64,000 bases of DNA, from assembly GCA_934699585.1 (NCBI GenBank), contig CAKUWY010000006.1, forward strand, positions 44,797-108,796, given 5' to 3'. Shown here piece by piece: positions 44,986 to 53,323 of the stretch. The notes below the pieces were generated by a model. It was given only the letters and a program-made list of their open reading frames with translations, did not search any database and was not told the DNA's origin. The position numbers and the translations under genes are program-made. The stretch comes from an uncultured Fibrobacter sp. Lineage in GTDB: Bacteria; Fibrobacterota; Fibrobacteria; Fibrobacterales; Fibrobacteraceae. How positions within the stretch are numbered: position 1 is the stretch's first letter; every line of letters starts with the position of its first letter.

Positions 44986-45112
44986 ACACTTTTACGCTCT
45001 TTTCGTCCTGCATATCGGGCGGTATATCGGAAAAAAACACGCTTTTTAGCGAGAAATTCCGTTATTTTTCTATTTTTATCTTGTTATTTTCTAAAATTTT
45101 CGAGGTAAAAAA

Positions 45113-45358
45113 ATGGATCAAGAAGAAGTCAAAAGCAAATTGAAGGCGTTTTTCATGTCGGATCTGGGCGTAGATGGCGACGTTCTCCAGTACGACACCG
45201 AACTTTTCGGCGAAGAAATCGGCCTGGATTCCGTGGATTCCCTGGAAATCATCTCCTTCGTGGACAGCAACTTCAACGTGTCCATGACCGGCGTCGGCAA
45301 GGAACATTTCCAGTCCATCAATACGATTGCCGCCTATATAGAAGCCCACAAGGCATAA
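45113..45358 (+). CDS. Acyl carrier protein (specialised, non-AcpP type)
   Basis: 81 aa. Phosphopantetheine attachment motif ..IGLDSVDSLEII... Confidence 0.8.
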   Translation: MDQEEVKSKLKAFFMSDLGVDGDVLQYDTELFGEEIGLDSVDSLEIISFVDSNFNVSMTGVGKEHFQSINTIAAYIEAHKA

Positions 45359-45373
45359 CCTAATCTACATCTT

Positions 45374-47770
45374 ATGACTCCTGACGAACGCCGCTGTGTA
45401 GTTACTGGCCTGGGCGTTATTTGCGCCGTCGGTAACAATGTTGAAGAAACCTGGAAAAGCGCCCTGAATTCCGTTTCGGGGATCCACAAGACCATCTCGG
45501 TGGATACCACCAAATGTTATGCGGACTTGGCCGCCGAAGTCAAGTGCGACACCCTAGATGAAATCGACGCCCCCGAAGAAAAAGACCGGGTCTCCAAACT
45601 TTGTATCAAGGCCACAAAAGAAGCCCTGGCCGATGCAGGTCTTGCAAACTTTAACGACGACCAGCGCGTAAGCGTGGTCATCGGCAGTTGCGTAGGCGGA
45701 GTCCTCTCTATTGAGCGTTACCATCAACACGGTCGCGATGTTTCTGAAATTGCCAAGATGCCCATTGCGGCAATCGCCTCCCAGGTAGCCGAAATCTGCG
45801 GGGCAGGCGGAATCGTCACCAATGTAGCAAACGCCTGTGCAGCAGGCACAATTTCTATAGCCGTCGCCTGTGACCTGATTCGTGCCGGCAAGGCAGACGT
45901 GGTTATCGCAGGCGGAGCCGATTCCTTTGCGGCGGTTCCCTATTCCGGATTCCTTTCGCTCCACGCCCTGGACGAAAACGGCTGCTCCCCCTTCAACCGC
46001 TGCAACGGAATCACCCTCGGCGAAGGTGCGGGTATCGTCATCGTGGAATCCTACGAACATGCCCAGAAGCGTTCCGCAAAGCAGTACTGCGAAATACTGG
46101 GTTCAGGCGTCACCAGCGACGCAAACCACATCACCGCCCCCAGAGAAGATGGCGTGTGCCTGATGGAAGCCATCAGCCGCGCCGTCAAGAATTCCGGCAT
46201 CGACAAGTCCGATATCGGTTACGTGAACGCCCACGGCACGGGTACCGGCAAGAACGACAATGCCGAAATTACCGCCTTCAAGAATTTCTTCGGCGAAGAC
46301 AACGTCAATATCTCGGTAAGTTCCACAAAGGTTCTCACTGGGCACTGCCTGGGAGCGGCCGGCGCCATCGAAGCCGTATTCAGCATCAAAGCACTAACCA
46401 CGGATACGGTCCTCCCAACCTTCCCCTACACCGAAGAACAGTCCGCCGCCCTCAAGGAAAAGGTGGGAGCGCTGGACTTTGTGCAGAACACAGCCCGCCA
46501 CAAGGAACTCAAGTGTGTCTTGAGCAACAACGTGGCCTTCGGCGGCACGAATGCGGCCATTGTTTTCTCGAAAATCCCCGGCGAAGTTGCCGCCCAGTCT
46601 GCGGCAGGCAAGAAGATTGCCGTAACCGGTCTTGGAATCGTGTCCCCGCTAGGGAACAGCAAGGCGGCCTACCTGGAAGCAGTAAAGGCAGACAAGAAGC
46701 CCGAATCCCCATCGGTACATTCCACAATCGCCCTCGAAGACTACAAGGAGCTTGGGGTCAAGATGGCCTTCTACCGCAAGCTGGACAACCTAGGTCAACT
46801 CCAGACGGTATCCGGCATGCGCGCCCTCCAAGACGCCAGCTTCACGGTAACCGAAGACAATGCCAAGGACATCGGCATCATCGTGGGTACCAGCGAAGGC
46901 GGCCTCGGTGCCACCTACGATTTCGAGGAACTGATTGCACGGGAAGGCAACTCCCAGGGTTCGGCCTTCAAGTTCCCCCACACCGTTTACAATGCGGCTG
47001 GCGGCTACCTTTCCATTTGTTCCGGCATCAAGGGCTACGGCGTCACCATTACCACAGGCCCACTTTCAGGACTCGACAGTATCGGCTACTCCATGAACGT
47101 GATTCACGACGGCCAGGAAAAGGCAATGATGGCCACCGGTACAGACGAAAACCTGCCGATTATTACGGAATTTGCCCAGAAACTTGGCGTGGCGGCAAAT
47201 AATGTGGTCGCACCCTATGCCGAAAACGACGGCTTTGTGGTGGGCGATGGTTCCGTGTCTATCATGCTCGAAGAAGATTCTTATGCCAAGTCCCGGGGAG
47301 CCAAGGTTTACTGCTATGCGCTGGGCTTCGGCCACGGCCGCAAGAACGTGAAATTTGGAAAACTCGCCGATTCCGAAAACGCCCTCGACAAGGCCATTGC
47401 AGATGCCCTGGCCGATGCGGGCATCACCGTAAGCGACATCGATGCGGTTTGCGGGTTCGCCAACGGTTGCAAGCGGATTGACGATATCGAAAAGGGTTCC
47501 CTCAAGCGCGTGTTTGGCGAAAAACTTTCCACGACGCCGCTCTTCGAAGTCAAGGAACGTACCGGCGAAGGCCGTGCGGGGTCTGCCGCCCTGGCCGCCG
47601 CCGAAGCGGCCCTCCTGCTGAGTGGTGAACTTGCTGGCGAAAAAGCCTACTTTGTGGCGGCCGACGGTTCCGTGACATCCAAGAAGGTCGATGCGACTGG
47701 CCTCAAGAAAATTTTGGTGATTTCGTTTGCGGCAGGCGGGTCTTACAGCGCAGTCATTTTCGGTAAATAG
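45374..47770 (+). CDS. Fused beta-ketoacyl synthase and KS-like (chain-length-factor-like) didomain protein
   Basis: Domain 1: ..NACAAGTISIAVA.. (Cys), ..NAHGTGTGKND.., ..LTGHCLGAAGAIE.., ..AFGGTNAAIVFSK. Domain 2 restarts with ..KIAVTGLGIVSPLGN.. but has ..GTSEGGLGATY.. where the Cys motif should be, and lacks the HGTGT motif. Ends ..AAGGSYSAVIFGK. Confidence 0.8.
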   Translation: MTPDERRCVVTGLGVICAVGNNVEETWKSALNSVSGIHKTISVDTTKCYADLAAEVKCDTLDEIDAPEEKDRVSKLCIKATKEALADAGLANFNDDQRVSVVIGSCVGGVLSIERYHQHGRDVSEIAKMPIAAIASQVAEICGAGGIVTNVANACAAGTISIAVACDLIRAGKADVVIAGGADSFAAVPYSGFLSLHALDENGCSPFNRCNGITLGEGAGIVIVESYEHAQKRSAKQYCEILGSGVTSDANHITAPREDGVCLMEAISRAVKNSGIDKSDIGYVNAHGTGTGKNDNAEITAFKNFFGEDNVNISVSSTKVLTGHCLGAAGAIEAVFSIKALTTDTVLPTFPYTEEQSAALKEKVGALDFVQNTARHKELKCVLSNNVAFGGTNAAIVFSKIPGEVAAQSAAGKKIAVTGLGIVSPLGNSKAAYLEAVKADKKPESPSVHSTIALEDYKELGVKMAFYRKLDNLGQLQTVSGMRALQDASFTVTEDNAKDIGIIVGTSEGGLGATYDFEELIAREGNSQGSAFKFPHTVYNAAGGYLSICSGIKGYGVTITTGPLSGLDSIGYSMNVIHDGQEKAMMATGTDENLPIITEFAQKLGVAANNVVAPYAENDGFVVGDGSVSIMLEEDSYAKSRGAKVYCYALGFGHGRKNVKFGKLADSENALDKAIADALADAGITVSDIDAVCGFANGCKRIDDIEKGSLKRVFGEKLSTTPLFEVKERTGEGRAGSAALAAAEAALLLSGELAGEKAYFVAADGSVTSKKVDATGLKKILVISFAAGGSYSAVIFGK

Positions 47771-47793
47771 TTTCAGGTAGAAGGAGCGAAAAC

Positions 47794-48525
47794 ATGAAAG
47801 TTGCTTTGGTAACAGGTGCTTCAAAGGGTATCGGCAAGGCCTGCGCCTTGCGCCTTGCCCGCGACGGCTACACCGTCGTAGTGAACTACTCCAGTTCCGA
47901 CGAGGCAGCAAACGCCACGCTCGACCAGATCAAGGCCGAAGGTGGTGACGGCATGGTTTACAAGGCGAACGTGGCCGACCTCTCCCAGGTGAAGGTGATG
48001 GTTCGCGAGGTGTTCAAGGCTTACGGGCGCATTGACGTGCTGGTGAACAACGCAGGCATCGTTCGCGACGAATACCTGATGATGATGAACCCGGAAACCT
48101 TGGACAAATGTTTCGACCTGAACGTGAAGGGTTACTTCTACTGTGCCCAGCAAGTCGCTGTCAAAATGTATAAGCAGAAGTCCGGCGTGATTATCAACAT
48201 GAGTTCCGTGTCCTCGAAGTTCGCGTTGGCAGGCCAGGCGGTCTACAGCGCCACGAAGGGTGCGGTGAACTCGCTGACCCAGACCCTCGCGAAGGAGCTG
48301 GGCGGTTTCGGTATCCGCGTGAATGCCGTGGCTCCTGGATTTATCGCTACCGAGATGATCGAGGCCATTCCCGAAGAAACCCGCAAGGGCTACCTCGAAA
48401 AGATTCCCTTAAAACGTTTCGGTTCTGCCGATGAAGTGGCCAACATCGTGTCGGCCCTGGCCTCTGACCAGTTCGCCTATGTGACCGGCCAGGTGTTCGT
48501 GCTGGACGGAGGACTTTCCCTATGA
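47794..48525 (+). CDS. 3-oxoacyl-ACP reductase (SDR, FabG-like)
   Basis: ..VALVTGASKGIGKA.., ..NNAG.., YSATKGA. Confidence 0.85.
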   Translation: MKVALVTGASKGIGKACALRLARDGYTVVVNYSSSDEAANATLDQIKAEGGDGMVYKANVADLSQVKVMVREVFKAYGRIDVLVNNAGIVRDEYLMMMNPETLDKCFDLNVKGYFYCAQQVAVKMYKQKSGVIINMSSVSSKFALAGQAVYSATKGAVNSLTQTLAKELGGFGIRVNAVAPGFIATEMIEAIPEETRKGYLEKIPLKRFGSADEVANIVSALASDQFAYVTGQVFVLDGGLSL

Positions 48526-48968
48526 TGAACATTTACGAAATCAGCGAAAAGATTGCACAGCGTCCGCCGTTCCAGATGATCGAGAAAGTGACGGAACTTA
48601 CGCCGAACGAATCGGCCGTGGGCATCAAGAACGTAAGCGTGAACGAACCGTACTTTATGGGGCATTTCCCCGGCACTCCGATTATGCCGGGCGTGCTCAT
48701 TGTGGAAAGTTGTGCCCAGCTTTGCTCCCTAGTGATAGAAAAACCCGCCGAAGACTTGGAAAAGAACCTATACGTCCTTCTGAAGATTGACGGGTTCAAG
48801 TTCGTGAAGCCGGTAATCCCCGGCGACCAGCTCGAAATTTCCGTGAAGAAGACCAAGGAAGGGGGCGTGCTGGTAGGCTTTGACTGCATCGTGAAGGTGA
48901 ACGGAAACGTCCACGCCAAGGGTGCCCTCACCTTTACGAGCATTCCAAAGGAATCCTTAGGGAAATAG
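48522..48968 (+). CDS. 3-hydroxyacyl-ACP dehydratase (FabZ-like hot-dog)
   Basis: ..EPYFMGHFPGTPIMPGVLIVESCAQL... Overlaps the upstream KR by 4 nt. Confidence 0.8.
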   Translation: MMNIYEISEKIAQRPPFQMIEKVTELTPNESAVGIKNVSVNEPYFMGHFPGTPIMPGVLIVESCAQLCSLVIEKPAEDLEKNLYVLLKIDGFKFVKPVIPGDQLEISVKKTKEGGVLVGFDCIVKVNGNVHAKGALTFTSIPKESLGK

Positions 48969-49007
48969 AAATCCGTGGTCAGTGGTTAGTGGTTAGTGGC
49001 TAGGAAC
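48966..49007 (+). repeat. 7-nt stop-codon array inside the operon: TAGAAAT CCGTGGT CAGTGGT TAGTGGT TAGTGGC TAGGAAC
   Basis: Exact period 7. The first TAG is the stop codon of the FabZ-like gene. Confidence 0.75.
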
Positions 49008-49037
49008 TCAAGGAAAAACCCGCTGGTAGAATGCTTC

Positions 49038-49793
49038 ATGCATCTCGTTGTCATCGTGGTGATATACACGGTGCGGATCTTTATGTTCGCCTGGTTCCGA
49101 CCGAAGGTTGAGTTCACAGGTGAAACCGCGAAGTCGGCCCGTCTCACTCACCCCTGCGTGATTATCGCCAACCATACCAGCATGCTGGACCCCATCATGA
49201 TGCTTGCCGTATTTTTTTCGCACAAGAGCATTGTGGTGGCCAAGGACCAGATTGAAGACCCCCATTTTCGTTGGGCGCTGACCCGCGCAAAGTGCGTGAT
49301 TCCCTGCGACCGATTCAATATGGACACCGAATGGGCGCTACTTGCCAGGCGGGAACTGGAAAAAGGGAACAACGTCATCATTTTCCCCGAAGGCAAGTGC
49401 CGCTACGACGGGCTGTTGAACGAGTTCAAGACGGGCTTTGCCTTCCTTGCGCGCAGTACCGGAGCGCCGGTTCTTTCCGTGGGGCTTGACGGGATCTACA
49501 AATTTGGACACCGTACCCGCATCGTGGTAGGAGATGCCGAAAAAATCGAACGGGTGAAGGGAATCACCTCTTCTAAGCACTTGGCAGAACGAAGCGAACA
49601 CTTTAGGCAGAAGGTCTGGCAGCTCAAGCAGAAGGCCCTTGACATAGCCAATCCGAAGGCTTTGCCCGTTGCCGCAGAAACACCTGTGGAATGTCACCCT
49701 GGAGCGTCAGCGATAGGGTCCACGAAAGCAGTGGATTCTATCGGTCCTACGGACCTCCAGAATGACAATGCTCAAAATAGGGGGAATGCATGA
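49038..49793 (+). CDS. Lysophospholipid acyltransferase family protein
   Basis: ..ANHTSMLDP.. (HX4D) and ..FPEGKCR... Start ATG 49038 is preferred, because the track start (GTG 48996) lies inside the heptad array. The C-terminal ~35 aa are encoded by REP-like elements. Confidence 0.7.
   Translation: MHLVVIVVIYTVRIFMFAWFRPKVEFTGETAKSARLTHPCVIIANHTSMLDPIMMLAVFFSHKSIVVAKDQIEDPHFRWALTRAKCVIPCDRFNMDTEWALLARRELEKGNNVIIFPEGKCRYDGLLNEFKTGFAFLARSTGAPVLSVGLDGIYKFGHRTRIVVGDAEKIERVKGITSSKHLAERSEHFRQKVWQLKQKALDIANPKALPVAAETPVECHPGASAIGSTKAVDSIGPTDLQNDNAQNRGNA
49693..49766. repeat. REP-like doublet, long-stem subfamily (GTCAyyCTGGAG..GATAGrrTCCAC), forming the 3' end of the acyltransferase ORF
   Basis: GTCACCCTGGAGCGTCAGCGATAGGGTCCAC (49693-49723) and, inverted, GTGGATTCTATCGGTCCTACGGACCTCCAGAATGAC (49731-49766). 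Confidence 0.7.
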
Positions 49794-50635
49794 AAACGGG
49801 GCTGGTTCTAGAGGGCGGTTCTCGCCAGACCATGTTCAGCGCAGGCGTGCTGGACACCTTCATGGACGAAGACATCCCCTTCGACTACATTGCAGGCGTT
49901 TCTGCCGGGGCACACGCGGCCATCAATTACATTACCCGCCAGCAAGGGCGTCTCCGCTTTATCGTCCTGCCGACACGTCTCCAAAAGGGCAAGAAATGGG
50001 CAAGCAAGTACATCGGCATCCAGAAGGAATTTCATGCCCTAAACTACTTGTCTGCCGACGGTGAAATGCCCCTGGACTTTGAAGCCTACGCAAGTTCCAG
50101 AGTCGAATGCGAAATCGGCCTCACCTGCTGTGAGACGGGTCGCGCCGAATTCAAGGGCGAAAAGCAAGACAAGAAACGGCTCCTGGACCTGATCAGCGCC
50201 AGTTGCGCCCTGCCCATGCTTTTCCCCATGGCAAAGCTAGACGACAAGCACTACGCCGACGGCTGCATTACCGAACCCATCCCCTACGAACGTGCCTTCG
50301 AAAAAGGGTGCGACAAGGTAGTGGCCATTTCTACCCACTATCCGGGCGAAGCGGTGACGGACTTTCGCAAGTACCGGGCCATCTTGAACCCGCTGTACAA
50401 GAACAAGTATCCCAACCTGTTTCGGGCACTAATGGTACGGCTCAAACGGTACGAAAAAAAATTTAGCCAGATGGAATCCCTGGAAAAAGAAGGCAAACTT
50501 TTCTTGATTCGCCCCCTTATTGACCTTTGCGACCAGTTCGATACCGACATGGACAAGATGAACGAATCCTATGAGCACGGCGTCGAAATGGCAAAGCAGC
50601 GTATGGAAGAACTAAAGGCATTCCTAGAAATCTAA
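49790..50635 (+). CDS. Patatin-like phospholipase
   Basis: ..GLVLEGGSRQ.. (oxyanion region), ..GVSAGA.. (GxSxG), ..ADGC.. (catalytic Asp). The ATGA overlaps the upstream gene. Confidence 0.8.
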   Translation: MKTGLVLEGGSRQTMFSAGVLDTFMDEDIPFDYIAGVSAGAHAAINYITRQQGRLRFIVLPTRLQKGKKWASKYIGIQKEFHALNYLSADGEMPLDFEAYASSRVECEIGLTCCETGRAEFKGEKQDKKRLLDLISASCALPMLFPMAKLDDKHYADGCITEPIPYERAFEKGCDKVVAISTHYPGEAVTDFRKYRAILNPLYKNKYPNLFRALMVRLKRYEKKFSQMESLEKEGKLFLIRPLIDLCDQFDTDMDKMNESYEHGVEMAKQRMEELKAFLEI

Positions 50636-50658
50636 CTTAATGGAATTAGGACCGTTGA

Positions 50659-51414
50659 ATGGCAGAAACAAAGAAAATCCTCGTAATGGTAGCGAGCCCC
50701 AAAAACGAACGGAGCGGCACACTGATTCCAACCAAGGCCTTTGTCCAGGGCCTTGAAGAAAACGGAAATTTTGAAACGGAATATATCTTCATCGACAAGA
50801 TGAACATCAAGCCCTGCCGTGGTTGTCTCAGTTGCTGGGGCAGGCCCGATGGCAGTTGCTTTATCAAGGACGACGACGTTCCCGCCATCCGGGAAAAACT
50901 AACCAACGCAGACATTGTCATCTGGAGTTTCCCGCTGTTCCTGTTCAGCATTCCTGGGCAGATGAAAGTGCTGATGGACCGTATCGTGGGAATGGTCCAC
51001 CCCTACATGGGCCAAAAACTTCAAGAAGGCGCAAACGCATCCAATTCCAACCTTCATGGGCTTCAGTTCCAAAAAGAAGGCCAGAAAATCATCTTGCTGT
51101 CCAGCTGCGCCTGGTGCGACATCGACGTTGTTTACGAGCCCATCGTAAAGCAGTTCGACATTATCCTGGGACACGAAGGCTACCAGCTTGTGGCCTGCCC
51201 CCAGATGCGGGCCCTGCACCACCGGGGCGGGGAACGCAGGCTAAACATCTTGCGCAAGCGGTACTGGCAAGGCGGCGCAGAACTTGCAAAGACAGGCAAG
51301 CTCTCAAAAGAGACGATAGACCTCATGCAAAAGACTATCTTTAGCGACGAAGCCTACGAGAAACTGGTGGTAGAATTCGTAACCCACATGTTTGACCGGG
51401 ATGACAATTTCTAG
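50659..51414 (+). CDS. Flavodoxin-fold NAD(P)H-dependent FMN reductase / iron-sulfur-flavoprotein-like protein
   Basis: ..KILVMVASPKNERSGT.. and ..KPCRGCLSCW.. are typical of this family. Confidence 0.6.
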   Translation: MAETKKILVMVASPKNERSGTLIPTKAFVQGLEENGNFETEYIFIDKMNIKPCRGCLSCWGRPDGSCFIKDDDVPAIREKLTNADIVIWSFPLFLFSIPGQMKVLMDRIVGMVHPYMGQKLQEGANASNSNLHGLQFQKEGQKIILLSSCAWCDIDVVYEPIVKQFDIILGHEGYQLVACPQMRALHHRGGERRLNILRKRYWQGGAELAKTGKLSKETIDLMQKTIFSDEAYEKLVVEFVTHMFDRDDNF

Positions 51415-51440
51415 TTGTTCCATTAGGCAAGAATTTCCAA

Positions 51441-52508
51441 ATGACAGCGATTGCAGAAACCATAAGACTCCCCGCCCGGTTGACCGCCGCCAACAGCAGG
51501 GATCTTCTGCATAGATGCAGGGGTTGTCTCCGCAAGGGCGATCTCTGCCTTGACGGGACAATGCTTGCCCAGATGGACTATAGCGGCGACGCCTTTTTTT
51601 CCCTGCTGGCCGACCTGTCCGAAAAGACGGGGCACAAGCTGACCCTCGCCCATTTCTGTGACGACATAAAATCCCACCTAAAAAATTTAAAAAGGCAAAA
51701 GGTCCCTGCAGGAGAAAAAAGCAAACGCCATTTTCTTGAAATCCTTGGAGAAAAGGGGATAAGGGCAGCCAAGGGCACAGCCGAAGTTTTCGTGTTGCTG
51801 AACATGTCCATCTACTGGAGCCTGCTGGGGCCGTTCGACAAGGGAAAAATCAAGTTTCGCGGGACGGCCAAACAAATTTTCGCACTGGGGAGCGAAGCCA
51901 TGGGCATCTGTTTTTTGATGGTGGCCCTGATTTGCTTTACCATGGCCCTGCAAAGTTCCTTTATGCTTAAGGCCGTAGGCGGCGGCTCCTACCTGGCCTC
52001 CGGTCTCGGATTCCTGATTTTTGCAGAAATCGGACCGCTTCTGACCACCATCATTCTGGCGGGTCGCTCCGGCAGTTCCATTGCGGCAGAAATCGCCAAC
52101 ATGTCCGTATGCGAAGAAGTAAAGGCCATCAAGACCATGGCCATTCCGCCTGTTCAATACCTGGTGGTGCCCCGCTTTATCGCCATGAGCATTTGTACGC
52201 CAATCCTTTCATTCTGCGCCTCCATCTGCGGATGTTTCGCCGGATTCCTGATAGCCTTCTTTTTCTTTGACATCACCTTTACCAACTATTTCAACTCTAT
52301 CCGCGAAGGCATCGAGCCAATCCTTTTCTTAAAGAGTTCCATCAAGGCACTTGTATTTGGATGGTTGGTCACCCTTATATCTTGCAACAAGGGGTTGAAC
52401 GCCACCGGCGGTGCCGAAGCGGTTGGCCTCGCCACAACATCCAGCGTGGTAACTTCCATTTCCGCAATCATCGTTGCCGACACCTGCTTCGGCTTCATAT
52501 TCTACTGA
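51441..52508 (+). CDS. MlaE-family ABC permease with N-terminal STAS-like domain
   Basis: The N-terminal ~90 aa (..RLPARLTAANSRDLL..LDGTMLAQMDYSGDAFFSLL..) are STAS-like. The rest is a polytopic MlaE-type permease (..EIGPLLTTIILAGRSGSSIAAEIANM..). Confidence 0.7.
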   Translation: MTAIAETIRLPARLTAANSRDLLHRCRGCLRKGDLCLDGTMLAQMDYSGDAFFSLLADLSEKTGHKLTLAHFCDDIKSHLKNLKRQKVPAGEKSKRHFLEILGEKGIRAAKGTAEVFVLLNMSIYWSLLGPFDKGKIKFRGTAKQIFALGSEAMGICFLMVALICFTMALQSSFMLKAVGGGSYLASGLGFLIFAEIGPLLTTIILAGRSGSSIAAEIANMSVCEEVKAIKTMAIPPVQYLVVPRFIAMSICTPILSFCASICGCFAGFLIAFFFFDITFTNYFNSIREGIEPILFLKSSIKALVFGWLVTLISCNKGLNATGGAEAVGLATTSSVVTSISAIIVADTCFGFIFY

Positions 52509-52515
52509 GGACAAA

Positions 52516-53313
52516 ATGGTAGTTCCATCGAAAAGCGCAATTCTCCAGGTAGATCACCTGAAAGCAGGTTACGGTGGCAGGACCGTTTTGAACGACATAT
52601 CCTTCGACGTAAAAAAGGGTGAAATCCGCATGATCCTGGGAAGTTCCGGCTGCGGGAAATCTACGCTGCTGAACAACATCCTAAAACTGATAAAATCCCA
52701 AAGCGGGACCATCACCTATTTCGGGAAAACCTTCGGTGCCAAAGAAGGGCTGGACAGCGAGACCCGCATGCGTACCGGCGTCCTTTTCCAAAACGGGGCG
52801 CTACTTTCGGACCTGACCGTAGCAGAAAACGCCATGCTCCCCCTGATTCGCAGCATGCCCTACATGCCCAAAAGCCAGATGGAAGCCATCGTTGCCGACA
52901 GGCTGGAAAAAGTCCACCTGCTGGACGCCTTCCACAAGTATCCTTCGGAATTGTCTGGGGGAATGAAAAAAAGGGCCGCCCTCGCCCGGGCCATCGCCCT
53001 CAAGCCAGAACTGCTGTTCTGCGACGAACCGTCCACTGGACTGGACCCGATTACCGCCCGCTCTTTGGACGAACTCCTGCTGGAACTTAGGGACACCCTG
53101 GGAGTTTCCATGGTTATTGTGTCTCACGAGCTGGAAAGTATCAAGATTATATGCGACAGGTTCGTATATTTGCAGGAAGGATACGTACTCATGGACGGAA
53201 CACTGCAACAAGGACTAGATAGCGAAAACCCGACCCTCTGGAATTTTTTCCGCAGGGAATGCCCCCCCGAAAAAGACAACAATGAATATTACCATTTCGA
53301 TTTTCTAGACTAA
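52516..53313 (+). CDS. ABC transporter ATP-binding protein (MlaF-like)
   Basis: Walker A GSSGCGKST, signature LSGGMKKR, Walker B LLFCDEP. GAGG lies upstream of ATG 52516. Confidence 0.85.
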   Translation: MVVPSKSAILQVDHLKAGYGGRTVLNDISFDVKKGEIRMILGSSGCGKSTLLNNILKLIKSQSGTITYFGKTFGAKEGLDSETRMRTGVLFQNGALLSDLTVAENAMLPLIRSMPYMPKSQMEAIVADRLEKVHLLDAFHKYPSELSGGMKKRAALARAIALKPELLFCDEPSTGLDPITARSLDELLLELRDTLGVSMVIVSHELESIKIICDRFVYLQEGYVLMDGTLQQGLDSENPTLWNFFRRECPPEKDNNEYYHFDFLD

Positions 53314-53323
53314 AGAGTGAAAG

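Noticed and set aside
46156-47202. 348-aa plus-strand ORF in an alternative frame of the KS-CLF gene (also 16538-17515 inside yihY and 28782-29528)
   Set aside because: The translations are Arg/Pro/Gly-rich, typical of off-frame reading of GC-rich coding DNA. The overlapping frame carries the true family motifs.
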